A stretch of 64,000 nt of DNA from an uncultured Candidatus Rokubacteria bacterium (lineage in GTDB: Bacteria; Methylomirabilota; Methylomirabilia; Rokubacteriales; CSP1-6), in contig CAVXJS010000014.1 in assembly GCA_963762145.1 (NCBI GenBank), positions 609,774 through 673,773 on the forward strand, read 5' to 3'. The translations under genes were made by a program, and so were the position numbers. This document shows, one piece after another, positions 38,581 through 48,862 of this stretch. The notes beneath the pieces are model-generated. The model did no database searches. It had not been told where the DNA came from and saw nothing but the letters and a program-made list of their open reading frames with translations. The stretch's first letter is position 1, and each line of letters begins with the position of its first letter.

Positions 38581-40891
38581 CTACGGCCTGAGCGCCTCGC
38601 GGAGCCGCGCCGGGGTCAGCGGCATGTCGAGGTGGGTGACGCCGAGCGGTGAGAGCGCGTCCACGGCCGCGTTGACTATTGCGGGCGGGATCGCGATGCA
38701 GCCGGCCTCGCCCAGGCCCTTGGCGCCGAGCGGGTTGAGCGGCGACGGCGGTGTGCAGCTTCTCGATGTGCACGGGCGGCACCTCGTCGCGCGGGGGATC
38801 GCGTAGTCCATCAGCGTGCTGGTCACGACTGGCCCTCGCGTCGTACACGATCGTCTCCATCAGGGCCTGGCCCAGGCCCTGGGCGAGGAGCCGTGGAGCT
38901 GGCCCTCCGCGAGCAGCGGATTGATGATCGTGCCCGCGTCGTCCACCCAGACCAGCTGCTCGAGCGTGAGCTCGCCCGGTCTCCCGGTCGATCGAGAGCG
39001 CGCAGACCACCGCGCCCAGCTCCACGCCTCGCCGCTCGGGCTGGAAGTAGGTGCGTGGCCTCCAGCCCCGGCGTGTCACCCGCCGGCAGGGCGGCGCCGC
39101 CCGCGTAGGCCGCGGTCGCGACCTCCTTCCACGCCACGCGCTTCTGCGGCGCCCCCGCCACCTGGAAGCCGCCGCGCACCGGCACGATGTCCTCCGGCGC
39201 GGCCTCGAGCAGCCGGGCCGCGATGCGGCGGCCCTTGTCCCGCACCTCGACCGACGGCCAGCGAGCGCGCCGCCGCCGAGCGCGACGCTGCGGCTGCCGA
39301 AGGTGCCGAAGCCCTCGGGCCCGCAGCGCGTGTCGCCGTGCATCGACCGTGACCTCGTCGGGCGTGACGCCGAGGAGATCGGCCACGACCTGGGCGAACG
39401 TCGTCTCGTGGCCCTGGCCGTGCGCGCTCGACCCGGTGATCGCGGTGACCTTGCCCGAGCGCTCCACGCGGATGGACTGCCGCTCTCCCAGCCGAGCGCG
39501 CACGGCTCGACGTAGCGACACGACCCCGACCCCGACGATCTCGCCCCTTGGCCGCCGCTCGGCCTGGCGGCGGCGGAGCCCACCGTAGTCGGCCGCCGCG
39601 AGCGCGCGATCCAGCGCCTGGGGATAGTCGCCGGAATCGTAGACCTGGCCGGTGATGGTGCTTGAACGGGAAGCGGTCGGCCGGGATCAGGTTGCGGCGT
39701 CGCAGCTCCGCGGGGTCGAGCCCGATCGCGCGCGCGGCGGTGTCGATCAGCCGCTCGATGAAGAAGCACGCTTCCGGGCCGGCCCGCGCCGCGATAGGCC
39801 GAGACCGGCGCGGTCGTGGTGAGCGCGCCGTCGACCGTCGATGTCGCAGGCCGGGATCACGTAGGCGCCGGGCATGCAGCGCACGTGATTCCACGGCGAG
39901 CCCGCGGCCGCGTTCATGAGGTGCGCGCCGAGCGGCGCGGTGATCCGGGCGCGCAGCCCGAGTGATGCGACCGCGCGCGTCGAGCGCCAGCTCGCCCTCG
40001 CAGACCGAGCCGCGTGCCTGGTTGGTCGTGATCATGTCCTCACTGCGCGTCGCGACCCACTTCACGGCCGGCCGAGGCGTCGCGGGCGAGCCAGGCGAGC
40101 AGCACGTCCTCGCGGTAGGGGCCGCTCTTCACCCCGAAGCCGCCGCCCACGTCGGGCGCGATCACGCGCACGTGGTCTCCGGCAGCTCGAGCAGCCGCGC
40201 GACCTCGCCGCGGATGCGGAACGGGGCCTGGCAGGAGACCCACATCGTGAGGTCCCCGGTCGGGCGGTCGAAGCTCGCCAGCACCGAGCGCGGCTCCATC
40301 GCCACCGCCGAGATGCGCGTTCTGGGCCACCCGCAGCGGGACCGCGTGCGCGGCGGCGGCGAAGGCGCCCGCCGCGTCGCCCTCGCGCAGGGTGCGGGTG
40401 AGCGACGCGATTGCCGTCGATGCCGGAGAAGAGCAGCGGGGCGCCGGGCGCCAGCGCCGCCTCCGGCTCGGCCAGGCCGGGCAGGGGCTCGTAGTCCACC
40501 GTGATGAGATCGAGGGCGTCGTAGGCCGCGTAGACGTCCTCCGCCACCACCGCGGCCACCGGCATCCCGACCGCGTGGACCTGGCCCTCGGCCAGGATCG
40601 GATGCGGCGGCACGCGCATGTCGGCCATGAGGCGATTCACCGGCATGGGGCCGAGGTGCGCGCACGTCCTTCCCGGTGACGACCAGGAGCGTGCGCGGGG
40701 CGCGCCGGGCCGCCTCCACGTCGACGTGGGCGATGCGGGCGTGGGCGTGCGGGGAGCGGAGCAGGGCCACGTGCAGGCACCCGGGCGGCGTCATGTCGTC
40801 CACGAAGGCGCCCGCGCCGAGTCAGCAGGCGGTGGTCCTCGCGGCGCTTGAGCGGCCGGCCGATCCAGCCGTCGCCCTGCCGCTCGCTCAT
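38581..40891 (-). CDS. Xanthine dehydrogenase/CoxL-family molybdopterin-binding large subunit (many frameshifts)
   Basis: RREDHRLL, RSPHAHA, APDVGGGFG, AYRGAGRP, GQGHETTFAQ, GAKGLGE spread over several frames. Confidence 0.85.
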
Positions 40892-41670
40892 CCGAGGAAG
40901 CGGGAGACGGCGCCCACGAAGGCGTCGGGCTGCTCGTAGGGCAGCATGTGGCTGGCGTCCGGGACGATCTCGACGGTCGCGCCCGGGATGAGCCGGCCCC
41001 AGCGCGTGGCGTAGGCCGGGACGATCAGCTTGTCGGCGGCGCCCCAGAGGACCAGGGTCTTCGCGGTCAGCCGGTAGAGGCGCTTCGACACGCGGCGGTT
41101 CGGGATCGGGAAGAGGATCTTGCCCGCCATCGCGAGGCGGCGCTGCTGGCCCAGGTAGAACTCCTTGAAGACCTCCATGTCCGAGAAGTCCGCGCCGCCG
41201 GTGAGCAGCGCCTGGCCGCGCACCGGGTCCTGGAAGAGCAGCTCGATGAGCTGGCCGGGGAGCAGGGCGAAGATGTCCGGGATCGGATGCTCGTCCATCC
41301 AGAGCCCCGCCGCGGCGGCCAGCACGAGCTTGCCCGCGTCGCCGGGCGCGACCGCGGCCATCTCCGCCGCGATCATGCCGCCCATCGAGTGGCCGACGAG
41401 GTGCGGCCGCGTGAGGCCGAGCGCCGCGACCACGTCCCAGCCGTGCAGCGTGAAGTCGAGCATGTCCTCCAGCAGCTCCTCGCCGGTGGACTCGCCGTAG
41501 CCGGGCAGCTCGGGGGCGAAGACGTGATAGCGCGCCGCGAGCTGGTCGAGGAACGGGTTGTCGGCCAGCAGGCCGCCCGCGCCGTGGAAGAACACGAGCG
41601 GCATGCCGCTGCCGCCCTCGAGCACGCGGCAGCGCGTGCCCTTCCTGGTCTCGATCGTCCTCGCTTTCAT
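40888..41670 (-). CDS. Alpha/beta hydrolase
   Basis: HGAGG, GHSMGG, WG..D, ASH. Confidence 0.9.
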   Translation of the reverse strand: MKARTIETRKGTRCRVLEGGSGMPLVFFHGAGGLLADNPFLDQLAARYHVFAPELPGYGESTGEELLEDMLDFTLHGWDVVAALGLTRPHLVGHSMGGMIAAEMAAVAPGDAGKLVLAAAAGLWMDEHPIPDIFALLPGQLIELLFQDPVRGQALLTGGADFSDMEVFKEFYLGQQRRLAMAGKILFPIPNRRVSKRLYRLTAKTLVLWGAADKLIVPAYATRWGRLIPGATVEIVPDASHMLPYEQPDAFVGAVSRFLG

Positions 41671-42935
41671 GCCGGCGGCCAGGTCTGCCCGGGCTTCTCG
41701 GCCCCGGGCTGCATCTCCTCCGGATGGAGGCGGTCCTCCATCGGGTGGATCCACCAGCGGTCGTCGTGCTCCCACTCGGGCCACAGGTTCCGCAGGTGCG
41801 GCATCACCTTCTCCGCGAAGAGCTTGGTGGAGTGGCGCGTCTTCCAGTCCGGCATGTTGCCGATGTGCAGCAGGCAGAAGAGGTGGCCGATCCGCAGGCC
41901 CTTGATGCACTCCTCGAGCTGCTGGCGCACCGTCTCCGGGCTGCCCGCGATGACGAAGCGCTCGTCGACGAGCTGCTTCCAGGTGAGGTTGGCCATCAGC
42001 TTCTGCGCCTCGAGGCGGAGCTGGGAGAGCGCGCCGTACTTGATCGTGTTGACGGTGCGATAGCCCGGCGGATCGGCGAACGGCGGGAACACGTGCAGGC
42101 ACCGGTTGAAGAAGTAGAGGCAGTGCTCGGCGTAGAGCTCCTCGGCCTCCGCGTCGGTGTCGGCCACGCAGATGATCTGGGCGAACGCGGCGCGGTAGGG
42201 CGAGTCGTCCTTGCCGCGCTTGGCCACGCGGTCCCAGTAGCCCTCGAGCAGGGACTTGCCGCGCACGTAGCCGTAGAACGACAGGTACGAGTAGTTGTAG
42301 TCGTGGTCGAGGCAGAAGTCCCACGTCTCGATCGAGCCGCCGCCCGGGATGTAGATGGGCGGGTGCGGCTTCTGGATCGGCTTGGGCCAGCAGTTCACCC
42401 AGCGGAGCTGGTTGTACTTGCCGTCGAAGGCGAAGGGCTCGTCCTCGGCCCACGCCTTCATGATCATGTCGTGGGCTTCCTGGTACTTGTCGCGGGTCAG
42501 CGCGGGGATCTGGCCGTAGCAGAAGTTGGTGTCCATCGGCGTGCCGACCGGGAAGCCGGCCACGAGGCGCCCGCCCGAGATCACGTCGAGCATCGCGAAC
42601 TCCTCGGCCACCCGGATCGGCGGGTTGTAGCCCGCGATGGAGTTGCCGATTACGCAGATCGCAGCGCGACTGGTCCGGCGGGCGAGGCCGGCCGCGATCA
42701 GGTTCGGGGAGGGCATGAGCCCGTAGCCGTTCTGGTGGTGCTCGTTGCAGCCGATGCCGTCGAAGCCGAGCGTCTCCGCGTACTCGAGCTGGTCCATGTA
42801 CTGGTGGTAGACGACGTGGCCCTTCTTCGGGTCGTAGAGCTTGCTCGGGATGTCCACCCACACCGAGCGGTTCTTCTCGCGGAAGTCGTCGGGCAGGTAC
42901 GGCCAGGGCATCAGGTTGAACCAGGTGAATTTCAT
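41667..42935 (-). CDS. LLM class flavin-dependent oxidoreductase
   Basis: GFDGIGCNEHHQ, AEEFAMLD.ISGGR, PKPIQKPHPP. Confidence 0.9.
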   Translation of the reverse strand: MKFTWFNLMPWPYLPDDFREKNRSVWVDIPSKLYDPKKGHVVYHQYMDQLEYAETLGFDGIGCNEHHQNGYGLMPSPNLIAAGLARRTSRAAICVIGNSIAGYNPPIRVAEEFAMLDVISGGRLVAGFPVGTPMDTNFCYGQIPALTRDKYQEAHDMIMKAWAEDEPFAFDGKYNQLRWVNCWPKPIQKPHPPIYIPGGGSIETWDFCLDHDYNYSYLSFYGYVRGKSLLEGYWDRVAKRGKDDSPYRAAFAQIICVADTDAEAEELYAEHCLYFFNRCLHVFPPFADPPGYRTVNTIKYGALSQLRLEAQKLMANLTWKQLVDERFVIAGSPETVRQQLEECIKGLRIGHLFCLLHIGNMPDWKTRHSTKLFAEKVMPHLRNLWPEWEHDDRWWIHPMEDRLHPEEMQPGAEKPGQTWPPA

Positions 42936-42986
42936 CAGTCCCCTCCCACGCTGGGTTACCAATGCGCCGGAGTGTACCGCAAATCT

Positions 42987-43022
42987 CCCTCTCCCCTCGG
43001 GGGAGAGGGTGGGGGTGAGGGG
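42987..43022. repeat. REP-like element, family A
   Basis: CCCTCTCCCCTCGGGGGAGAGGGTGGGGGTGAGGGG. Confidence 0.8.
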
Positions 43023-43039
43023 CTACAGGGCGAGGGGGT

Positions 43040-44287
43040 TCACACGACCGCGCGGGCACGCCCCCACATGGCCGCGCGCCACCGCAGCGCGATCAGCCCG
43101 GTCACGACGATCCCGGCCGCGGCCATCACCGTGATGGTGAGCGGGTAGCCGATCCGATCGATCAGCGCGCCGGAGGCGATGAGCCCGATCGGCAGGCCGT
43201 AGACGCAGAGCGAGCGCACGCCCATGACCCGCGCGCGGAAGCCGGGACCCGAGGCGGTGAGCAGGGTCGCGGTCATCGAGATCATCGCGACGCTCTGCAC
43301 GAAACCGGTGACCAGCAGCACCACGAGGCCCGGGCCCAGGGTCGGCACGTGGGCGAAGACGAGCAGGAGGACGTACCAGAGCACGGTGTGCACGAGCGTG
43401 TAGCGCTCGGGATGGGCGGGCCCGCCGGTGACCACCATCGCGATCGAGGCCAGCAGCGCGCCGAACGAGAACGCGGCGGCCAGCCAGCCCAGCCCCGTTG
43501 CGTCCACCTGGTACACGCGCTGCGCGATGTAGGGCAGCAGGCCGCCGGAGGCCGGGTACGCCGTCAGATTGATCAGGAACGCGAGCCACATCGGCGCCAG
43601 GAGCTGCGGCCGGCTCAGGATGTGCGCGACCCCGTCCTTCAGCTCGCGCCACCCCCAATCCCTCTCCCCCGAGAGGGGGAGAGGGTAGGGTGAGGGGGCG
43701 GCGAAGTCCGGCACCGGCCGCGCCCGTGCCACCCCGAACGTGAGCGCCAGGCTCGCCAGGTAGAAGCCCGTCACGAACACGTACGTGAGACCGATGCCCA
43801 GCATCGTGGACAGCCCGGCGCCGGCCAGCGCGCCCCCCACCCGCGCGGAATCCATGGTGGCGCGCGACATGCCGAGCGCGCCCATCAGGTGGTCGGGCGG
43901 GATCGTCTCCCCGATCAGGGCGTTGCGCATCACCAGGTCGTTGGGGCGCACGATGCCGTTGAGCGCGGCCAGCGCGATGGCCCAGGCGGGCGTGAGCCAG
44001 CCGGTGAAGGCCAGGACCATCACCGCCACCGCGAGCATGGCGTAGATGCCGCGCATCGCGCAGAGCATGAGGCGGCCGCCCACCCGGTCGCCCAGCACCC
44101 CGAACATGGGCGCGGCGAGCGTGCCGAGGAACTGGGCGGAGCCGAAGAGGGTGAGCAGCAGCACCGAGCCGGTCTGCACCATCACGTACCAGCCCAGGAT
44201 GAGCGTCTCCATCTCGAAGGCCCAGGAGGTGAGGAGATCGGCGGGCCACTGGAAGCGGAAGCTGCGGACGCGGAACGCGGCGAGCAT
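43040..44287 (-). CDS. MFS transporter (contains an in-frame family A repeat)
   Basis: About 12 TMs, GVLGDRVG, RARVMG. Confidence 0.88.
   Translation of the reverse strand: MLAAFRVRSFRFQWPADLLTSWAFEMETLILGWYVMVQTGSVLLLTLFGSAQFLGTLAAPMFGVLGDRVGGRLMLCAMRGIYAMLAVAVMVLAFTGWLTPAWAIALAALNGIVRPNDLVMRNALIGETIPPDHLMGALGMSRATMDSARVGGALAGAGLSTMLGIGLTYVFVTGFYLASLALTFGVARARPVPDFAAPSPYPLPLSGERDWGWRELKDGVAHILSRPQLLAPMWLAFLINLTAYPASGGLLPYIAQRVYQVDATGLGWLAAAFSFGALLASIAMVVTGGPAHPERYTLVHTVLWYVLLLVFAHVPTLGPGLVVLLVTGFVQSVAMISMTATLLTASGPGFRARVMGVRSLCVYGLPIGLIASGALIDRIGYPLTITVMAAAGIVVTGLIALRWRAAMWGRARAVV
43649..43698. repeat. REP-like element, family A, inside the MFS coding sequence
   Basis: CCCTCTCCCCCGAGAGGGGGAGAGGGTAGGGTGAGGGG, translated as PSPYPLPLSGERDWG. 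Confidence 0.8.
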
Positions 44288-45300
44288 CAAAGAGCGCCGG
44301 CGACCTCCTTCATCCACCGGCGCGCGAACGCGCGCGGATCCGGCACGAAGCCGGTGATCATGAACTGGCGTGCTCCCGCGTCCATCGCGCGCCGAAGCTG
44401 GGCCGCGCAGTCGGCGGGCGTGCCCGCGACCGCGAAGCGGTCGGCGAGGAACTCGGTGAGGTCCCAGCGGTCGGGCAGGCTCGCGTTGGCGGCGCCCGCG
44501 ATCTCGTGGTGGTGCGCGTTGTACTCGCGCTGGAGCGCGCGGATCTTCTCGTGCAGGTCGGGCGGCACGCCCTTGCCGTCGAGCGTGAAGCGGAAGGCGT
44601 GGTTGGCGCTCGCCGCCAGCGCCATCTTGATCGGCTCGATCGCGGCGGCGCGGCTGTCGGCCAGGCTGGTCTTGGCGAACCACCAGACGTCCACGTCGGC
44701 CAGCGTGCGACCCGCCGCCCGCGCGCCGCGCTCGATGGCGGCGAGCGACAGCGCGATCACGTCCGGGGTCAGGCCGAGACCGCAGATCACCCCGTCGGCG
44801 ACGCGGCCGGCCAGCTCGAGCGTGCGGGGGCCCTCCGCGGCCAGGTAGACCGGCACGCGCCGCGTCGAGCGGTGCACGCGCCACGGCCGCCCGCCACGGT
44901 CCACCACCTCGCCCCTGGTCAGCCGGCCGAGCGTCGCGATCGAGTCCTCGAGCCCGGCCACGGTGGCGGGCGGCGCGCCGATCGTGTAGATCGCGCTGTC
45001 GCCCGAGCCCAGGCCGAGGACGGCGCGCGCCGCCCGCGAGCTCGTCCACGCTGGCGATGGCGCTCGCGGTGACCACCAGGTGGCGCGTCTGCGGATTGGT
45101 GACGAGGGGCCGAGCTTCACGCGCCGGGTATTGAGCGCGGCGAGCGTGAGGGCGACGTAGAGCTCGCGGAACACCGACTGCGAGTCAGCCACCCCGAGCC
45201 AGTCGAAGCCGGCCGCCTCGGACTCGCGGCAGAGCTCGCCGAAGCCGGTGAGCGACTCCGGCAGGAACACGATGCCGAACCGCGCCGTTGCGGTGGACAT
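44287..45300 (-). CDS. LLM class (Mer-like) oxidoreductase; compensating frameshifts near 45030-45110
   Basis: GFDWLGVADSQ, LGLGSGDSA, PVYLAAEGPRTLELAG..ADG. Confidence 0.85.
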   Translation of the reverse strand: MSTATARFGIVFLPESLTGFGELCRESEAAGFDWLGVADSQSVFRELYVALTLAALNTRRVKLGPSSPIRRRATWWSPRAPSPAWTSSRAARAVLGLGSGDSAIYTIGAPPATVAGLEDSIATLGRLTRGEVVDRGGRPWRVHRSTRRVPVYLAAEGPRTLELAGRVADGVICGLGLTPDVIALSLAAIERGARAAGRTLADVDVWWFAKTSLADSRAAAIEPIKMALAASANHAFRFTLDGKGVPPDLHEKIRALQREYNAHHHEIAGAANASLPDRWDLTEFLADRFAVAGTPADCAAQLRRAMDAGARQFMITGFVPDPRAFARRWMKEVAGAL

Positions 45301-45423
45301 GATCGGCCACACCCTAGCACAGAGCGGCCGCGCATCGCCCCGGCAGCGCACGCATCAAGAATCCGTAAAAATCGGGCCGGGCCGGCACGCCGAGGGTGAA
45401 GGGCGCTAGAGTTGGCGACCAGG

Positions 45424-46797
45424 ATGAAACCGATCCACGGGGACCCGATCGTCGCCTTCCGTACCCGCCGCCGAGGCCGGTCTCCGGCGCAACTCATCGC
45501 GCTGTCCTTCGCGGCGGCCATCGCGGTCGGTACCGTGGTGCTCAGGTTGCCGGTCTCGCACGCGCCCGATGCCAGTATCGGCTGGATGGAGGCGCTCTTC
45601 ACGGCCACCAGCGCGGTCTGCGTGACCGGCCTCGTCGTGGTGGATACCGGGCGCGACTTCAGCCCCGTGGGGCAGGCCGTCATCGTCATCCTGATCCAGA
45701 TGGGCGGGCTCGGCATCCTGACGGTCGGCACGCTCCTGGCCCTGGTCACCGGCCGGCGGCTCGGGTTCCGGGAGCGCATGAACGTGCAGACCCAGCTGAG
45801 CTCGCTGCAGGTTGGCGGCGTCGTCCGCCTCGTGCGCCGCATCGTCGGGGTGGTGCTCGGCGTGGAGCTGGCCGGCGCGCTCCTTCTCTATCCCCGGATG
45901 GCGACAGCGGATGGATGGGGGCCGGGCGCTTGGCAGGCGGTCTTTCACTCGGTCAGCGCGTTCAACAACGCCGGGTTCTCGCTCTACCCGGACAGCCTCA
46001 CGCGCTACGTGGGGGACCCTCTCGTGAACGCCGTGATTCTCATCCTGATCGTCCTGGGCGGCCTCGGATTCGTCGTGGTCGTCAACCTGATCGCGCGGCA
46101 CTGGCAAGCGCAACGGGCGCCCCTGAGCCTGCACAGCAAGATCGCGCTGACCGCCACCGCCCTGCTGATCGGGGCGGCGACCGTCCTGTTGCTCGCCCTG
46201 GAGTGGACGAATCCGCGCACCCTCGGCGCCCTGCCCGCACCGGTCAGGGTCATGGCCGCGCTCTTTCAGGCGATCACGCCTCGCACCGCGGGATTCCACA
46301 CCGTCGACTATGCCGAGATGGAGCAAGCCACCCTGCTGGTCACCATCCTGCTCATGTTCATCGGAGGCAATCCCGGATCGACGGCGGGCGGAATCAAGAC
46401 CGTCACCTTCTTCGTGCTCGTCGGCAGCGCCTGGAGCCTGAGCCGCGGGCGCGGCGAGCTGCAGCTCTTCGATCGGCGCGTACCGGTCCAGACGGCGGTA
46501 CGGGCGGGTGTCATCACGCTCAGCAGCTTCGTGGTGGTCTCCGTCGGGTTGATCGTCCTGTCGATGACCGACGCCGAGCCCGGCCTGCTGCGCCTGGCCT
46601 TCGAGACGTTCTCGGCCTTCGGCACCGTCGGCCTGTCGATGGGCATCACCGCCGACCTCAGTCCGGCCGGCAAGCTCGTCATCGTCGTGCTGATGTTCAT
46701 CGGCCGCCTCGGCCCGCTGACGCTGGGGCTGGCGCTCGCGGAAGCGCCGCCGGAGCGGCGGCTCGAGTATCCGGCGGAGGACGTCGTCGTCGGCTGA
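45424..46797 (+). CDS. ktrB: Ktr/Trk potassium uptake membrane subunit
   Basis: Four pore loops: SAVCVTGL, SAFNNAGF, TPRTAGF, SAFGTVGLS. Confidence 0.92.
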   Translation: MKPIHGDPIVAFRTRRRGRSPAQLIALSFAAAIAVGTVVLRLPVSHAPDASIGWMEALFTATSAVCVTGLVVVDTGRDFSPVGQAVIVILIQMGGLGILTVGTLLALVTGRRLGFRERMNVQTQLSSLQVGGVVRLVRRIVGVVLGVELAGALLLYPRMATADGWGPGAWQAVFHSVSAFNNAGFSLYPDSLTRYVGDPLVNAVILILIVLGGLGFVVVVNLIARHWQAQRAPLSLHSKIALTATALLIGAATVLLLALEWTNPRTLGALPAPVRVMAALFQAITPRTAGFHTVDYAEMEQATLLVTILLMFIGGNPGSTAGGIKTVTFFVLVGSAWSLSRGRGELQLFDRRVPVQTAVRAGVITLSSFVVVSVGLIVLSMTDAEPGLLRLAFETFSAFGTVGLSMGITADLSPAGKLVIVVLMFIGRLGPLTLGLALAEAPPERRLEYPAEDVVVG

Positions 46798-46863
46798 CCG
46801 GCGCCCGGGAATCCGGGTAGCTTCGGGTGGCCGTCTCGGGCGGTCCGCCCAGGAGGAGGAATC

Positions 46864-47523
46864 GTGAAGGCCAGACAATTCTTGGTCATCGGGGCGGGGC
46901 GATTCGGCTCGGCGGTCGCCACGACCCTGTACAGCCTCGGTCACGAGGTCGTCGTGATCGACCGCAGCGAGGAGGCCATCGAGACGATCATGAGCCAGGT
47001 CACCCACGCCGCGATCGGTGACGGCAGCGACGAGGCCACACTGCGGAAGCTCGGCTGCAGCAATTTCGACGCGGTCATCGTCGCGATCGGCGACGATCTC
47101 GAGGCCAACATCCTCGCGACCGTCGCCGCGAAGACCGTCGGCGCGAAGCACGTGATCAGCAAGGTCCCCTCGACCCTTGCGGCCCGGGTGCTGGCGAAGG
47201 TCGGTGCGGACGAGGTCATCCGGCCCGAGCACGATATGGGAACCCGGGTCGCCAGGCAGCTCGCGAACCCGAGCATCCTGGACGCGTTCAACCTCGGCTC
47301 CGCGCACGGCGTGATCGAGATCGAGATCCCGGAGCGGCTCGCCGGGTCGCTCGAGAGTCTGCGCCTGCGCAACCGATTCGGGGTGCAGCTGATCGCCGTG
47401 AACCGGGCCGGCACCCTGGAGATCGGTCCGCCCGCCAACTTCGAGCTCCGGCGGGGCGACAAGGCGGTGCTGATCGGCAGTAACCAGGCGATCGAGCGCA
47501 TCCGCGAATACCTCAGCGAGTAG
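46864..47523 (+). CDS. ktrA: Ktr/Trk potassium uptake RCK subunit
   Basis: VIGAGRFG, VIVAIG, IRPE. Confidence 0.92.
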   Translation: MKARQFLVIGAGRFGSAVATTLYSLGHEVVVIDRSEEAIETIMSQVTHAAIGDGSDEATLRKLGCSNFDAVIVAIGDDLEANILATVAAKTVGAKHVISKVPSTLAARVLAKVGADEVIRPEHDMGTRVARQLANPSILDAFNLGSAHGVIEIEIPERLAGSLESLRLRNRFGVQLIAVNRAGTLEIGPPANFELRRGDKAVLIGSNQAIERIREYLSE

Positions 47524-47649
47524 GCCGGGCGCACGGCGGGCATCGGCGGCCTTGACGTCCCCGGAATTGGGGAGCAGACTTCGCGGGTGCCGCCGTCGTG
47601 GCGGTGGTCCCGAGAGCCCCTGCACAGCCCGGGTATAGGGAGGTCGGTG

Positions 47650-48267
47650 ATGATCTACGAGTTCCGGACCTACACGCTCAAGCCCCGCAGTCTGGCCGAG
47701 GTGGAGAAGCGCTACGGCGAGGCCTACGAGTACCGCAAGAAGTACTCGCCGCTCACCGCCTTCTGGCACACCGAGATCGGCCCGCTCAACGAGATCATCC
47801 ACGTGTGGGGCTACAAGGATCTCGCCGAGCGCGCCCGGATCCGGGCCGAGGCGTCCAAGGACGCGAACTGGCCGCCCAAGATCCGCGACTTCGTGATCGA
47901 TCAGGACGTGGAGATCCTGACGCCGCTGTCCTTCGTCCCCGACATCACGCCGGGCACGCTGGGCCCGATCTTCGAGATCCGGCGCTACAGCCTCATGGCC
48001 GGCTCGCTGCCCGGCGTCGCGAAGCGCTGGGAGGGCGCCATCGGGGAGCGGATCAAGCTCTCGCCGCTGGTGCTGGCCGCCGGGGTGGAGTTCGGGGCCG
48101 CGAACCGGTTCGTCCACATCTGGGGGTACAAGAGCATGGACCAGCGGCTGGCCGTGCGGGAGCAGGCGCGCAAGGCGGGCATCTGGCCGCCGGCGGGCGG
48201 CGGCGACGAGCTGCTCGCGCAGTCGAGCAAGATCGTGATGCCGTCGGCGTTCTCGCCGCTGCAGTAG
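47650..48267 (+). CDS. NIPSNAP family protein (two domains)
   Basis: IYEFRTYTL, EIGPLNEIIHVWGY, FSPLQ. Confidence 0.9.
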   Translation: MIYEFRTYTLKPRSLAEVEKRYGEAYEYRKKYSPLTAFWHTEIGPLNEIIHVWGYKDLAERARIRAEASKDANWPPKIRDFVIDQDVEILTPLSFVPDITPGTLGPIFEIRRYSLMAGSLPGVAKRWEGAIGERIKLSPLVLAAGVEFGAANRFVHIWGYKSMDQRLAVREQARKAGIWPPAGGGDELLAQSSKIVMPSAFSPLQ

Positions 48268-48277
48268 GAGCGGCGCG

Positions 48278-48820
48278 ATGCCCCCGACGAAGCTCGCCCA
48301 TCTCGTGTTCCAGACCAATCGTCTGCCCGCGATGCGGGATTGGTACTGCACCGTGCTCGACGGGCGCGTGATCTGGGGGAACGATCGCCTCTCCTTCGTG
48401 ACCTACGACGACGAGCATCACCGCGTGGCCTTCATCGACCTGGGCCCGCTGGCCCACCGGGACCTGGAGGGGGGCGACCTCCGGTACCGGCCCACGGACC
48501 AGCCCGGCCTCCACCACGTCGCGTTCACCTTCGCCTCGATGGGCGAGCTGCTCGGCAACTACGAGCGGCTCGCCACACGGGGCATTCGCCCGTTCCGCTC
48601 CATCAATCACGGGCCGACGACGTCCATGTACTACGTCGACCCCGACGGCAACCGGGTGGAGCTCCAGATCGACAACTTCGCCACCGCGGAGGAAGGGCAG
48701 GCCTGGATGCGCTCCCCCGCCTTCGACCGCAACCCGATCGGCGTCGAGTTCGACCCCGACGACCTGGTCCGCCGCTTCCACGCCGGCGTCCCGGTCGCCG
48801 AGCTCGTCATCCGCGACTAG
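48278..48820 (+). CDS. VOC family protein
   Basis: LAHLV, YDDEHHR, GLHHVAF, NHG..SMYY.DPDGN.VE. Confidence 0.88.
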   Translation: MPPTKLAHLVFQTNRLPAMRDWYCTVLDGRVIWGNDRLSFVTYDDEHHRVAFIDLGPLAHRDLEGGDLRYRPTDQPGLHHVAFTFASMGELLGNYERLATRGIRPFRSINHGPTTSMYYVDPDGNRVELQIDNFATAEEGQAWMRSPAFDRNPIGVEFDPDDLVRRFHAGVPVAELVIRD

Positions 48821-48822
48821 CC

Positions 48823-48847
48823 GGGGTCAGGTCTTGAATTACGACAT
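48823..48847. repeat. Solo end of repeat family B (GGGGTCAGGTCTT...)
   Basis: GGGGTCAGGTCTTGAATTACGACAT, 22/25 identical to 62586-62610. Confidence 0.75.
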
Positions 48848-48862
48848 CTCGGGCCGCGCGCG

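Noticed and set aside
38581-40891. Aerobic CO dehydrogenase (form I coxL)
   Set aside because: Active-site loop is AYRGAGR and no coxM/coxS or accessory genes are adjacent
45301-45423. c-di-AMP (ydaO) riboswitch upstream of ktrB
   Set aside because: The gap is short, is shared with a divergent gene, and shows no recognisable ydaO consensus
45406-48351. Long antisense/alternate-frame ORFs (e.g. 981 aa here, 839 aa at 23513)
   Set aside because: Shadow ORFs of high-GC coding DNA that overlap well-supported genes and carry no motifs
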